64,000 nucleotides of DNA from Candidatus Cloacimonadales bacterium (GTDB lineage Bacteria > Cloacimonadota > Cloacimonadia > Cloacimonadales > JAFGVF01), in the NCBI GenBank assembly GCA_963662585.1, contig OY759729.1, forward strand, positions 640,001-704,000. The letters run 5' to 3'. The notes under the pieces were generated by a model. It saw only the letters and a program-made list of their open reading frames with translations. It ran no database searches and was not told where the DNA came from. Positions 51,746 to 62,292 of the stretch are shown in pieces; position 1 is the first letter of the stretch; each line of letters opens with the position of its first letter. The translations under genes were made by a program, and so were the position numbers.

Positions 51746-54055
51746 ATGAAAAATAAACAGAGATTTAGTCATTCATTAATTCTGCGATTCGTTGCTATAT
51801 TTGTTTTCTTAGGAATAATTCCCTTGTTGATTCTAATGGCTTGGGCAGTTTATGGCTCTAATAAGTCCATGATGGACCACTTAAAAGGGAATGTTTTTGA
51901 GTTGATTAGACAGAAAGCAGAATACACTTCTCTACAATTAGCTACTGTAGAAAACCTAATCAATAACATATCTAATGTGGAAGATGTTCTGATTAGTTTA
52001 AGAGAAGAGAGTGACACCCTTACAATCTACCAAAAGTTAAAAATCCAAGCCAATATTGGCTATGTCTTAGCTGGATACATTAATCTAGAAGGTATTGAAT
52101 CGATTGATATCTTTTCCCACAATTTAAATAGATATCATTTTGGGAGCAGTCTAATAAAAAACAATGAAACTCCTGTGGAGGATTTCCTCAAGGTTCTAGA
52201 AGAGAACCGAAGTAGTGAATCAGAGATTCATTGGCATGGAGTTAATAAAAATTTCGATAATCCAGAAAAGTACTCACTTATTGCATCCAAAAAACTAAAT
52301 TATTTTGATCGTGAGACAATGACAGAAACTTATATTGGGTTAATAGTTGTCCATTACTCTTTAGAAAGTATAGCTAAGAACTTTACTGGAGATTTTTCTC
52401 AGAAGTTCTCTAGCTTTGTAGTCGATAACAGCGGTAACATTATCTCTGCTCCTAATGAAGAATTTATTGGTTCAGATTTCAAAGCTATTAATGATATCAG
52501 CAAAGACAGATTGCACAATTTTGAAAGAATTGAATTTGCAGGAAATAAAGCTCTTTTATTAAAATATAATTTGGAAGATTATGGTCTTAAGTTCTTTACT
52601 TTTATAAGCAACAAGTACCTTTGGCATACTCAATTTGATTCATTAAAGATTTCATTGATAGGCTTGTTAACCATAGTAGTTTTTAGTTTAATTATCTTCT
52701 ATATTTTTGCTAAACATGTTTTGTTCCCTATAAAAGAACTAACAGAAGCTTTTGTAGATATTACTAAAAACAGATATGATTTAAACTCTCAAATCCAAAT
52801 AACAACAATAGATGAAATCGGAGAATTGCAAATGTGGTTCAATTCTTTTGTTAAAAATTTGCAAGAGAAGAATAAATACGCCTCTGAATTAAAAGAACAA
52901 AAGGAAGTTGCTGAGATAGCAAACAGTGCTAAAGATAATTTTCTCGCAAGTATATCTCATGAATTAAGAACACCTTTAAATGGAGTGATCTCTGTTTCTG
53001 AACTTCTCCATGGCACTTCTCTGTCTTCTGAACAAATTGAATATGTAGAAGTTATTCAACAATCAAGTGATATTCTCTATAGTTTAATAAATCAAATACT
53101 GGACTTCTCAAAAATCTCAGCTCATAAACTATTACTTACTTCAGATAGTTTTGATATAATTCAACTTTTTGATAAGATGGCAAATCTTTATTCTGTGCAA
53201 GCGAAAATTAAAGGTCTCAATTTTGTTTATAATAAACTATCTTATAACAAATTATATGTCTATAATGACGAAATGGCCTTACAGAAAATATTAATCAATT
53301 TGCTGGGAAATAGCTTGAAATATACACCTTCGGGAGAAATTGCTTTCTCAATCGAAGAGTTAATGAAAGATGATGCCCAAATAAAACTTAAAATATCAAT
53401 TTCTGATACTGGCTTAGGAATTCCTGAAGCTAAAAAGAACTCAATTTTTGAAGCTTTCGAACAAGTAGATGGATCTCTTTCTAAGAAGATATCAGGGACT
53501 GGCCTAGGTTTATCTATAGCTCAACAACTCTCTTATCTTATGAATAGTGAGATTAAATTGATTAGTCCTAATCCGAATATTCAGAATAATTCTGATTACC
53601 CTGGTTCTGTTTTCTATCTAGAGTTAGATCTTTCCCTAAGCAAAGAGATTAAAGACTATAATGTGGACAAAGAGCCAATTACTGATAGTTTAAATCTCTC
53701 TGCAAAATGCCTAGTTGTTGAAGATAACTTAATTAATCAAAAAGTAATAACCGCTATACTGAAGAAATCAAACATAGAAGTAGATGTAGCATCAAACTGG
53801 CGTGACTCTTTGAAGTTTATTGAAAGTAATAGCTATGATTATATCTTTATGGATATCCAAATGCCTGAAGTTACAGGTTTTGAACTTACCAAGATGATTC
53901 GTAAAAAAGGAATTAAAACTCCTATAATTGCAGTCTCTGGTAATGTTATTGATGAAGTAAAAACTAAAGCAATAAAAGTAGGTATGGATGATTTTATTGT
54001 TAAACCTATTAAAAGTTCTGAGATAAGAAGAATGTTGGAGAAATATAGAACATAG
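51746..54055 (+). CDS. Hybrid sensor histidine kinase (Cache-like/HAMP/HisKA/HATPase/REC)
   Basis: Two TM segments, DEIGEL, SHELRTPLNG, NLLGNSLKYT, DTGLGI, GTGLGL, VVEDN, MDIQMP and KP. Confidence 0.95.
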   Translation: MKNKQRFSHSLILRFVAIFVFLGIIPLLILMAWAVYGSNKSMMDHLKGNVFELIRQKAEYTSLQLATVENLINNISNVEDVLISLREESDTLTIYQKLKIQANIGYVLAGYINLEGIESIDIFSHNLNRYHFGSSLIKNNETPVEDFLKVLEENRSSESEIHWHGVNKNFDNPEKYSLIASKKLNYFDRETMTETYIGLIVVHYSLESIAKNFTGDFSQKFSSFVVDNSGNIISAPNEEFIGSDFKAINDISKDRLHNFERIEFAGNKALLLKYNLEDYGLKFFTFISNKYLWHTQFDSLKISLIGLLTIVVFSLIIFYIFAKHVLFPIKELTEAFVDITKNRYDLNSQIQITTIDEIGELQMWFNSFVKNLQEKNKYASELKEQKEVAEIANSAKDNFLASISHELRTPLNGVISVSELLHGTSLSSEQIEYVEVIQQSSDILYSLINQILDFSKISAHKLLLTSDSFDIIQLFDKMANLYSVQAKIKGLNFVYNKLSYNKLYVYNDEMALQKILINLLGNSLKYTPSGEIAFSIEELMKDDAQIKLKISISDTGLGIPEAKKNSIFEAFEQVDGSLSKKISGTGLGLSIAQQLSYLMNSEIKLISPNPNIQNNSDYPGSVFYLELDLSLSKEIKDYNVDKEPITDSLNLSAKCLVVEDNLINQKVITAILKKSNIEVDVASNWRDSLKFIESNSYDYIFMDIQMPEVTGFELTKMIRKKGIKTPIIAVSGNVIDEVKTKAIKVGMDDFIVKPIKSSEIRRMLEKYRT

Positions 54056-54141
54056 AAATTGAAAATAATCAAGCAGTACAATAACTCTACAGATAAATAT
54101 AGAAATTTTACATAATCTTTCAAATTACTTTTCCCCCAAAA

Positions 54142-54169
54142 ATATAAGCCCTGCAAGCAGGGCTTATAT
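54142..54169. terminator. Hairpin between convergent genes (probably bidirectional terminator)
   Basis: ATATAAGCCCTGC-AA-GCAGGGCTTATAT perfect inverted repeat. Confidence 0.7.
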
Positions 54170-54218
54170 ATGTAACATTATTTATATCTAACTTTTGTTC
54201 TCAATTCATTATAGCAAC

Positions 54219-57200
54219 CTATTTGCTAAGAATAACCTTACGAGTTTCCTTAATGTTTCCACTTTTAAAAACTACAAAGTAAATACCGCTACTATGTTCA
54301 GAAGCATCCCAAGTATATTTATGATGGCCTTCAGGCTGTGAAGAGATCTCTTTAATATGTACTTTCTGACCCTTCAAATTATAGAAACTTAGATTAACAT
54401 CTGCAGTTTCTTTGAGGCTATAACGAATATTAATTTCAGGATTAAACGGATTAGGATAAAGTCTATCTAATCCAGTAATAAGAGGTATTTCAATGCTTTC
54501 TCCCTCTTGTGTAAGAATTACACTCATTGGTCCATAAAGACTAAATTCTCCACTATAATCACTTGCTTTCAACCAGTAATAGTATTGTGTTTGAGTAAGA
54601 ATATCAATATCGGTATAGGTATAAACATGAGTTTGAGGTGAGTTAGTTGCTTCTATCACAGGAGAGACTATGCTAGCAGTATTAAAATCTTCACTTTCTG
54701 AACGGTAAACATGATAGCCCATTAGTCCACTTTCAGATTGGCTTACCCATTGTAATTTTGCTCCATTGCTAATAGCCGAAACTGTAAAACTACTTAGTTC
54801 CACAGGGAGAGTAATATCTCCAAGATCTGTTTCTTCATCCCATCCAACTTCGCTATTTATATTTGTAAGCAAAGTATCATCTTGAGTACGCACTTCAACT
54901 CTATACAAAGGAGTGTCAGTTAAAAGAGTATATGAGACAACAGCTTTACCATCTTTAGAGCTTACATTACTTGAAGTACCTGTAATTAACTTTCCTTTTT
55001 CAACTGCATCGTAGCCAAGTATTACATATCTTTTACCTGCAACTATGGAGTGTTCTGGAGTTCCACTCACAGTTCCTGTAATCGGGAAAGTAGTACCCAA
55101 TGCTTTAACTTCGGGAAGTAGTATCTTGGAATTATATAAAATCCTTCCTGGTTCTCCTGTATCATTTCCATCATATCCAGTTTCAGTATCATCATCCACA
55201 TAGCGTCCACTACCTGCAAGGCTAGTACCTTTACGAACTGGCACCCAGAAAAATGTTCCGCTAGTAGGATCACCTAATTCTGCATTTATCAAAACACCAC
55301 CTTCGATGTCTGCTGGAGATATCCAAGTTTTGCTTACATGATCCCAAACTTCCATTTCTCCTTTGCTAACATCATCTTGAACTCCTACTATATCAAAGCG
55401 TAAGGAACTTCCGCTGTAGCCTTGGGTTTGAACTAGGATTACTGATTCTGAATCTTCTGAACTTAAATCCATGCGTTCCGGACGATGAATAAGAGCTTTT
55501 CCTGGAAATCTATTATTTACACAAGAAGCTACAAAATCAGAAGTTGTTATATTACTCATAGTTAAATCGACACCACCATTACCAGGGGCAACAGTAGTTC
55601 CAGTAGTTCCAGAAGTTTCATTAAGAGGCCAAGAGAAATCGGAATTATCTGAACCACTTCCTGCAAGAGGAGTATCTGCATAATCAGCTGCTATTTCAGT
55701 AGGTGTACGAGCTTCACCCACCCACATCCTGACATTTCGTATGTTCCCGTTAAAAGGTCTGTCACCATAAGCCATTTTACCAATATTAAATCTTGAAGTA
55801 GATCCAGCCTGTAAGTTTCCAGTCGTACTTCTAGCGGATTGAGTTACATCTTGGTCATTAACATAGATTTTTACAGGTCCCGCATTATATACACCTGTAA
55901 CAAGATACCAAATACCTTGCTGTATGGTAACCTTTGCTGGATCAGATAGCACATAGACACGCGTACCGGTAGGTCTGATGGCAAATTCAAAACTTGAGTT
56001 TTGATAATTATGTTGTAACCAGAAAGAACCACTTGAACCATCATTAGAAGTTGTTTGTGAAACAATATTAGCCCATGCAAGGTTTGTAGATGGATCAGAA
56101 GTCCAACGAACCCATGCTTGTACAGTAAACTTGTTTGTAGCAGCACTTGTCAATCCAAACACATCTCCAATTGTTGATTTTAGATGCGGTCTTAAAGCCG
56201 TAGTTGCGTCTCTGCCATACTTAATCCTGTTATTTATTTCGCGTTGAATATTTAAGATATAATCCTTAGTCCCTTGTGAATTAACCACTTTAATATTAAA
56301 GGTAATAGCTGTAGGGTAACCATTAGCATTAGGATCAGTTGGTCCTACCCTAAGAACACTTTCACCATTTGATGATACTCTTGCATCATCTATGAAAACC
56401 TGACAATCACTTGGAGCCATAAGATTAAGTCTTATATTGGAATAAGAATCCACAATACTAGTGAGATAACTTCCATTAGCATCAGGCTCAGCACTAAAAC
56501 TTGGAGTAATGTTAATAGAATTTCTAGCTGGATAGCTTAGTTCCAGCCTTCCTAAATGTGGTTCCCAGTTTGAAAGTCCACTTAAAGTGTAATTGACTGA
56601 AGTAGCAGAAATACTTGCATTATTTCTTAAAGTAGCAGTGACAGTAATAGTACCATTGCTGAGACCTATTAAGTCATCATCATCAAAATAAGCTGTACCT
56701 GTATCACTATTAACACTCCAATTTATTTCTTGAAGCGATGAAAGATTATCACCATTAATATTAGCAGCATTGGTATTTGAGCCAGTAACTAAAGCGGTAA
56801 ATGTACTTCCGACTGTTCCGCTGATAGTGATGTTAGTTCCAGCAGTAGGGAGATTTTCTGCTCTGCGTCTGAAACGAAGTGTATAAGTCTTAGGGTCTGC
56901 TGAGTCATAATCAGCAACAATAGTAAGTACATTGTTTTGAGTATCAGCATTTGGATTTCCGCTAGCATCCATCCCAGCTGATGTTCCAGCAAAAGTTAGT
57001 GGTACAGTAATAATTCCATTTACAGAAGCTTGAGTGAAGGTTGTTACAATACTTGAACCAAAAAACTTTGCTTCGAGTTGATAGTTTCCGGTTGCGGGAA
57101 AAGTTAGCTTCAAAAATTCAGCAGCAGAATAAGTACTATAGTTATACTCCGTAGTTGCTGAATCATAATTGAAATTTTCCATAGTATAAGTAGTAGAATT

Positions 57201-57374
57201 TATACGGTTAAAAATAAAATTTACAGGATCAGAACCGTATTCTATCTGAGCTGTAATGTTTAAAGAACTTAACCCTTTCGCGTCGGACTCGTCTCGTGTA
57301 GTTGCAGATAAAATAGAAATAAATAAAACCATGAATAATATCATCAAGGTTTTAAATCTTTTATTAATAATCAT
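54219..57374 (-). CDS. Large secreted surface protein with Ig-like and LamG/ConA-like domains and a C-terminal sorting domain
   Basis: Start ATG 57374 with GGAGGTG RBS and signal peptide; 'FTVQAWV...WYLVTGVY....KIYVN...FNGNIRNVRMW' (LamG); TLPVELSSF; YPNPFNP...YNLKGQ...SSGIYF. Confidence 0.85.
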   Translation of the reverse strand: MIINKRFKTLMILFMVLFISILSATTRDESDAKGLSSLNITAQIEYGSDPVNFIFNRINSTTYTMENFNYDSATTEYNYSTYSAAEFLKLTFPATGNYQLEAKFFGSSIVTTFTQASVNGIITVPLTFAGTSAGMDASGNPNADTQNNVLTIVADYDSADPKTYTLRFRRRAENLPTAGTNITISGTVGSTFTALVTGSNTNAANINGDNLSSLQEINWSVNSDTGTAYFDDDDLIGLSNGTITVTATLRNNASISATSVNYTLSGLSNWEPHLGRLELSYPARNSINITPSFSAEPDANGSYLTSIVDSYSNIRLNLMAPSDCQVFIDDARVSSNGESVLRVGPTDPNANGYPTAITFNIKVVNSQGTKDYILNIQREINNRIKYGRDATTALRPHLKSTIGDVFGLTSAATNKFTVQAWVRWTSDPSTNLAWANIVSQTTSNDGSSGSFWLQHNYQNSSFEFAIRPTGTRVYVLSDPAKVTIQQGIWYLVTGVYNAGPVKIYVNDQDVTQSARSTTGNLQAGSTSRFNIGKMAYGDRPFNGNIRNVRMWVGEARTPTEIAADYADTPLAGSGSDNSDFSWPLNETSGTTGTTVAPGNGGVDLTMSNITTSDFVASCVNNRFPGKALIHRPERMDLSSEDSESVILVQTQGYSGSSLRFDIVGVQDDVSKGEMEVWDHVSKTWISPADIEGGVLINAELGDPTSGTFFWVPVRKGTSLAGSGRYVDDDTETGYDGNDTGEPGRILYNSKILLPEVKALGTTFPITGTVSGTPEHSIVAGKRYVILGYDAVEKGKLITGTSSNVSSKDGKAVVSYTLLTDTPLYRVEVRTQDDTLLTNINSEVGWDEETDLGDITLPVELSSFTVSAISNGAKLQWVSQSESGLMGYHVYRSESEDFNTASIVSPVIEATNSPQTHVYTYTDIDILTQTQYYYWLKASDYSGEFSLYGPMSVILTQEGESIEIPLITGLDRLYPNPFNPEINIRYSLKETADVNLSFYNLKGQKVHIKEISSQPEGHHKYTWDASEHSSGIYFVVFKSGNIKETRKVILSK

Positions 57375-57513
57375 ACTCACCTCCATAGTGAATTTTCTTT
57401 CAAAAATGCATAGTATTATTTTCAAAGAATGAATATATAATGTCAAGTATTATTATTTTATGCTATTTTTAGAGGTTTATTTACTAGTGCTATTGAATGG
57501 AATAGAGTGAACC

Positions 57514-58178
57514 TTAGCCACTAGAATCAGCTAGCAAATCACTCTCATCTAAATTCTTATAAATTTTGAAACCATATTCATTATTATCTAATTTGAAGAA
57601 TAAATAAAAAGAATCTTTACCTATACACTTTATCTGCTTATTATCTATGATTTTGAGAGAAATATTATCATCAAGACCAAAGCCTGAATTAACTTTATTC
57701 TTCTTCATTTTATTCAAAAGCTCGTTAAATCTTTTCTTCTCAGAGAATGAGGTTTTATAGCTAGATTATTAATTAACTCATAATTAAGTGCTAGAATAGC
57801 ACCTGCTGAAACTCCAGCATAAGGGACACCTGAATTATACTTTTCTAATATGATCTGTGATATCTCAGGACTAGCATAAATCTTCTGATAGAAATGAGCA
57901 TTCCCTCCTAATACCAAAAGGCCTGTAGCTTTTTCTAGCAATTCAATTGTTTGAGTAGGAGCAGACTTGTCGTTTATATTAGGAGCAATTAAATGTATTC
58001 TCTCAAGATCCAAATCTAAGTCTGTTTGTTTAATTAATTCTAACAAACTAGTGCCTTGCTCACTAATCTGCATTAAAACAAGTAAATGATAATCACCCTG
58101 ACAAGCTGTTCTGAGAAAATCTTTAAAATTAGGCAAGGTATAATCATTTATCAAGCTAAAGAGATAAAGGAGTTTCAT
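57514..58178 (-). pseudogene. Peptidase S51 / cyanophycinase-like gene split by an apparent 1-nt deletion
   Basis: 'LVLGGN', 'GVSAGA' and 'KPH'. Restoring one T at ~57746 gives PHFSEKKRFNELL...GFGLDDN and joins the two ORFs. Confidence 0.7.
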
Positions 58179-59104
58179 AGTTGAGGAACCTTCTTAAGTG
58201 CTATACTTTTTTTAGGTCTTTTGCTTAGCAGATATCCAGCAATAGTAATAAGAACTCCTCCAATAATTAAGGTAGGATTTACTTGCAAATTTAAGAAGAG
58301 TACTTCATTAATAGTAGTGAACAAAACAGTAAAAGTGAATAAGATACTAGCAGTATTTGCACTGATTCCTGTTAAGGCAAAATTCCAGAATAGATAGGCT
58401 AGACCAGATTGAAATAGTCCCATCTCGAAAAACCAGAATATTTCAGATTGAGAAGTAGGTAATTTGCCCTCTATAAAAAGATAGATAGGACTCATCATAA
58501 TCGAGGCTAAAAGGAATATCCAAAACAGAAGCTGAATCACTTTCAAAGGCTCTTTACTTAATCCCTTCATCAAGCCAGAAGATAGATAAACATAAGCACC
58601 GAAAGTAATTCCTGTCAAAACACCTAAGATCAAACCCATAGTATATCCTTCACCCAACTCAGGGAAACTACTCTTCCCCATCACAATTGTGATTAAACCC
58701 AGCATAGCAATAACTAATGAGATGATTTGATTCCTTGTGGGACTTATTTTATCTTTGAAATAGACAATTAGTAAAACAAAGACAGGAGCTAAGTTTTCCA
58801 ATATCATCACTAAGGTCCCATGCAAGTATTTCAAAGTTAAGTGATATAAAATTGAATTTAAGCAAATCCCAATAATACTTATCTTAAGAATATCTTTCCA
58901 TTTAGATTTAAAGAGTGAAAAACCAAAGTCTCTTTTGTATATTAAGAAGATTAAGAAAACAAATGTGCCTATCCAAAATCTACTTACAGCAACAAAATAC
59001 ATATTAACATCTTGGACAGCAAGATATCTTCCTGCTGGTCCATGAATACCCCAACTAAAAAGAGCCAAGAAGGCAAATATCAAAGATTTACTTTTATTTG
59101 TCAT
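58175..59104 (-). CDS. DMT/EamA family transporter
   Basis: About 10 TM segments; 'WG', 'RF.IG', 'LAPVFV' and 'AYLFWN.AL'. Confidence 0.88.
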   Translation of the reverse strand: MTNKSKSLIFAFLALFSWGIHGPAGRYLAVQDVNMYFVAVSRFWIGTFVFLIFLIYKRDFGFSLFKSKWKDILKISIIGICLNSILYHLTLKYLHGTLVMILENLAPVFVLLIVYFKDKISPTRNQIISLVIAMLGLITIVMGKSSFPELGEGYTMGLILGVLTGITFGAYVYLSSGLMKGLSKEPLKVIQLLFWIFLLASIMMSPIYLFIEGKLPTSQSEIFWFFEMGLFQSGLAYLFWNFALTGISANTASILFTFTVLFTTINEVLFLNLQVNPTLIIGGVLITIAGYLLSKRPKKSIALKKVPQL

Positions 59105-59114
59105 TTATCTTTAT

Positions 59115-60293
59115 TTAATCCAGTAAAATTAATGGTACCATCATCTCTTTCTCTGTTAAGCCGGCATGCATGGCTTTAAACTTGAAAGTACTATTAGACT
59201 GAGGGTATCTAGTTTGAATAGCTTTAGAGCCTTTAGCTATCAGTAGATAATCCCCAAGCATATCTAAGACCCGTGGATGAGCTTTTCCCTTTCCTAACAA
59301 CTCTTTAGCCAGAAACTCCCTTTTACTCATAATAATGAAATCATCTTCATGTTCTTTGGCAAACTCACAAAATTGCGATTCTTTATCTTTATGAATAAAA
59401 CATGATATAAAGCGAGGTTCAGGGAAAGTAGGAATAATCAAACTATCCCATAAATTTTTATCTTCATTGGCATAAATAGAATCATCTACATCAATCATCC
59501 CATGATCAGCAGTAACGATAATTAAAGATTTTGTTCCAGCCAACTGCTTATGTAAATTTTCTACTTGGTTTTGAATATGCTCAATAATTATTTTGATTTC
59601 AGGTGATTTAACACCTAATTTGTGCATTGATTTATCTGGTTCTCCAGTATAACAATAGAATAATTTCTGAGCAAGATTTTCTTTTATAGTTTTTTCAATA
59701 TAAGTAAAAGCACTTTCTAAATCTGTATAAGAATATATCTCTGCAGAATCAGCAGCCATTTTATTATATTTAGATTTTGTCAAGCCTTCCGGAGAAACAT
59801 AGTGTTGTTCAATTTCAGGCCTTAAATTATTAATAATTTTAAAGATAGATTCAAAATGGAATTTTTCATGTACTCCTGAATAAAATTCTGGCAATGTTTT
59901 ACCAGTACTTGTGTCACTCAAGGGTAAAAAATCAATTAATTTGAAAAACTCTTTAAAATAGAGCGTCCAGCCTATTATTCCATGTTCCAAGGGTGAAACA
60001 CCAGATAGATAGGAGGATATTGCTGCTGCTGTTGTGGGAGGAAATACTGAAGTTAAGGTTGAGACAGTATTTTTCCTAAAGAGTGATCTTTCAGAGAGAT
60101 GAGTTTTCAGTACGAAATCCCCTAATCCATCAACTACTAAAAAGACAATATTATCAAATTTATCTAAATACTCTGCAGATAGCTCTTTTAAAGCAGGGTA
60201 ATGGTGATTACACCCAAAGTAGTGTAATATCGAAGCTGTAATGTTTAATATACTTTTCTCGTAATCAGGATAAACAGTTTTCTCTACATTCAT
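59115..60293 (-). CDS. Alkaline phosphatase superfamily / nucleotide pyrophosphatase-phosphodiesterase
   Basis: 'VVDGLG', 'SVFPPTTAAA', 'PD...H..G', 'TADHG' and 'HAGLT..EM.VP'. Confidence 0.88.
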   Translation of the reverse strand: MNVEKTVYPDYEKSILNITASILHYFGCNHHYPALKELSAEYLDKFDNIVFLVVDGLGDFVLKTHLSERSLFRKNTVSTLTSVFPPTTAAAISSYLSGVSPLEHGIIGWTLYFKEFFKLIDFLPLSDTSTGKTLPEFYSGVHEKFHFESIFKIINNLRPEIEQHYVSPEGLTKSKYNKMAADSAEIYSYTDLESAFTYIEKTIKENLAQKLFYCYTGEPDKSMHKLGVKSPEIKIIIEHIQNQVENLHKQLAGTKSLIIVTADHGMIDVDDSIYANEDKNLWDSLIIPTFPEPRFISCFIHKDKESQFCEFAKEHEDDFIIMSKREFLAKELLGKGKAHPRVLDMLGDYLLIAKGSKAIQTRYPQSNSTFKFKAMHAGLTEKEMMVPLILLD

Positions 60294-60561
60294 ATTAATT
60301 CTCCTTGATTAAGATTTTAAAAGTGGATTAATAAGTCAATTAGAATTTTATTTTTGTTTATTCTCCAAGAAGTTTATTCTAGATGATGACTATTAACAAA
60401 CTTTTCATATTCATCTAATCTATTGAACCATAGGGTATTCACAAGAGATATTTTCAAAGCTGACAACAAAAATTATTTCTTAATTATCAGTTAAATCTAT
60501 TGACAGATTTCGACTACTTTTTATTAATTATCAAAGAAGAATATTATGATTGGAGGCAACT

Positions 60562-61059
60562 ATGAAGAGAGTAGTGATGGATACTAACAAAGGTACCATA
60601 GAAATTGAATTGTGGAGTGATAAAGCTCCTGAAACAGTACAGAATTTTATTGATTATGTAGAAGAGGGATTCTATGATGGCTTAGTTTTTCATCGCGTAA
60701 TTGATAACTTTATGATTCAGGGTGGAGGATTCACTCAATCAGGTGAACATCGAAATGGCAGAGAAGCAATTAAAAATGAAGCTCATAACAAAGTAAGTAA
60801 TGAAGTTGGAACAATTGCTATGGCTAGAACTAATGATCCTCATTCAGCAACATCTCAATTTTTCATCAATGTAGCTAATAACACCTTCTTAGATTATCAA
60901 AATAGCTCTAATTGGGGATACTGTGTTTTTGGCAAAGTAATTGAAGGTATGGAAGTTGTTAATGCCGTAAAAAGCACTCCAACAAGAAAACACCATGTTA
61001 CAGGAATGGCAGATTGGCCTAAAGAAGATATTATTATCACAAGTGCTAAAGTTAAATAA
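60562..61059 (+). CDS. Cyclophilin-type peptidyl-prolyl isomerase
   Basis: 'AP.TV.NF', 'FHRVI.NFMIQGGG' and 'AMART.DPHSATSQFFIN'. Start set to ATG 60562 after a GGAGG RBS. Confidence 0.95.
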   Translation: MKRVVMDTNKGTIEIELWSDKAPETVQNFIDYVEEGFYDGLVFHRVIDNFMIQGGGFTQSGEHRNGREAIKNEAHNKVSNEVGTIAMARTNDPHSATSQFFINVANNTFLDYQNSSNWGYCVFGKVIEGMEVVNAVKSTPTRKHHVTGMADWPKEDIIITSAKVK

Positions 61060-61069
61060 TTAAGTTCAT

Positions 61070-61102
61070 GGGTTACAGATCTGATATCTGTAACCCTTTA
61101 TT
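61070..61102 (+). terminator. Intrinsic terminator after the PPIase gene
   Basis: GGGTTACAGAT/ATCTGTAACCC 11-bp stem followed by TTTATT. Confidence 0.7.
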
Positions 61103-61171
61103 ACCAACTAGGGCAGTATAAATTTATAGAAGATTTATTATTATTGGAAAAGTCTACTAATATCTTTGATT

Positions 61172-61969
61172 TTATATATTTATCACTTTTTTAGCTATCT
61201 TTTCCCCTAATTTAGATATTTCTTCAATTTTAAGAAATTCTCCAGGTAAAAAAGAACTAATATCACAATCTATATAGATATCAGGAGTAAATACCTTTAA
61301 CCTCTCATGAACTAAAAAAGATTGATTACAATTAATAGATTCCATAACTATTTCATACCATTTCTTTATTTTTTTCTTTTTTGATTCAGATTTATCAGAA
61401 CTTACATTCAAATGAACAGTCTTATTAGTTATTGCAGGTAGTACATTCACTGCAATAGTAAATTCATCTTCAGCTAAATCTAAGCAAGGTAAGGGATATT
61501 CGACTCCACCATCGACTAAAAAGAGATCTCCTACCGAGACAGGATTAAAAATATAAGGTATTGCTGAAGAAGCTCGCATTGCTTTTGCACAATTACCAGA
61601 ATTCATGATAACAGTATATTTAGAATTTATATCAAAAGCTACAGCTGAAAATTTTATTTTAAGTTCTTCAATGTTAACATTTTTAAGTCTCTGGTTTATC
61701 TTTTTTTCAATAAAGCTACCATCAAAAAAACCTTGGAATTTTAAATCAATATTCAAGGGATTGATAAATTCTAAATATTTAAACTCTTTACCAAAATCTA
61801 ATATCTCTTGTGGAGTCATTCCTGAAGCATATAGTCCACCAACTATTGCCCCCATGCTAGTGCCAATTATCCTACTTATAGCAAAGTTCTTTTCTAGTAC
61901 TTTCAATACTCCAATATGTGCGAAGCCTAAAGCAGCTCCCCCTCCCAAAATTACTGTAGCTTTTTGCAT
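61172..61969 (-). CDS. Patatin-like phospholipase
   Basis: GGGAALG, GTSMG and DGG motifs. Confidence 0.93.
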   Translation of the reverse strand: MQKATVILGGGAALGFAHIGVLKVLEKNFAISRIIGTSMGAIVGGLYASGMTPQEILDFGKEFKYLEFINPLNIDLKFQGFFDGSFIEKKINQRLKNVNIEELKIKFSAVAFDINSKYTVIMNSGNCAKAMRASSAIPYIFNPVSVGDLFLVDGGVEYPLPCLDLAEDEFTIAVNVLPAITNKTVHLNVSSDKSESKKKKIKKWYEIVMESINCNQSFLVHERLKVFTPDIYIDCDISSFLPGEFLKIEEISKLGEKIAKKVINI

Positions 61970-61983
61970 AAATTCCTCACAAA

Positions 61984-62292
61984 CTAATCTTGCTCACTTA
62001 TAATTTCATCTTCTTCAGGAGGATTAATGGCTTTGGTAGGACATCCTAAGTAGTCATCAAAATTGCCTCCAACACAAATACCACACTGAATACAATTTGT
62101 CTGATCTATTACAGCCTTTCCCCCTACTAAAGAAATAGCTTGTACAGGGCAAGCATCAACACAAGCTCCACAAGCTACACATTTGAATTCTGAAATACTA
62201 TAACCTTCTTTTGAATTACTCTTGTTACCTATTAAAGAAGTCAACAATAACAAGAAAAAGACAACTATTACTGCTATTTTAATTCTTTTCAT
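61984..62292 (-). CDS. Signal-peptide-bearing 2x[4Fe-4S] ferredoxin
   Basis: Likely start ATG 62292 (MKRIKIAVIVVFFLLLL...); CVACGACVDACP and CIQCGIC-x10-CP. Confidence 0.85.
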   Translation of the reverse strand: MKRIKIAVIVVFFLLLLTSLIGNKSNSKEGYSISEFKCVACGACVDACPVQAISLVGGKAVIDQTNCIQCGICVGGNFDDYLGCPTKAINPPEEDEIISEQD

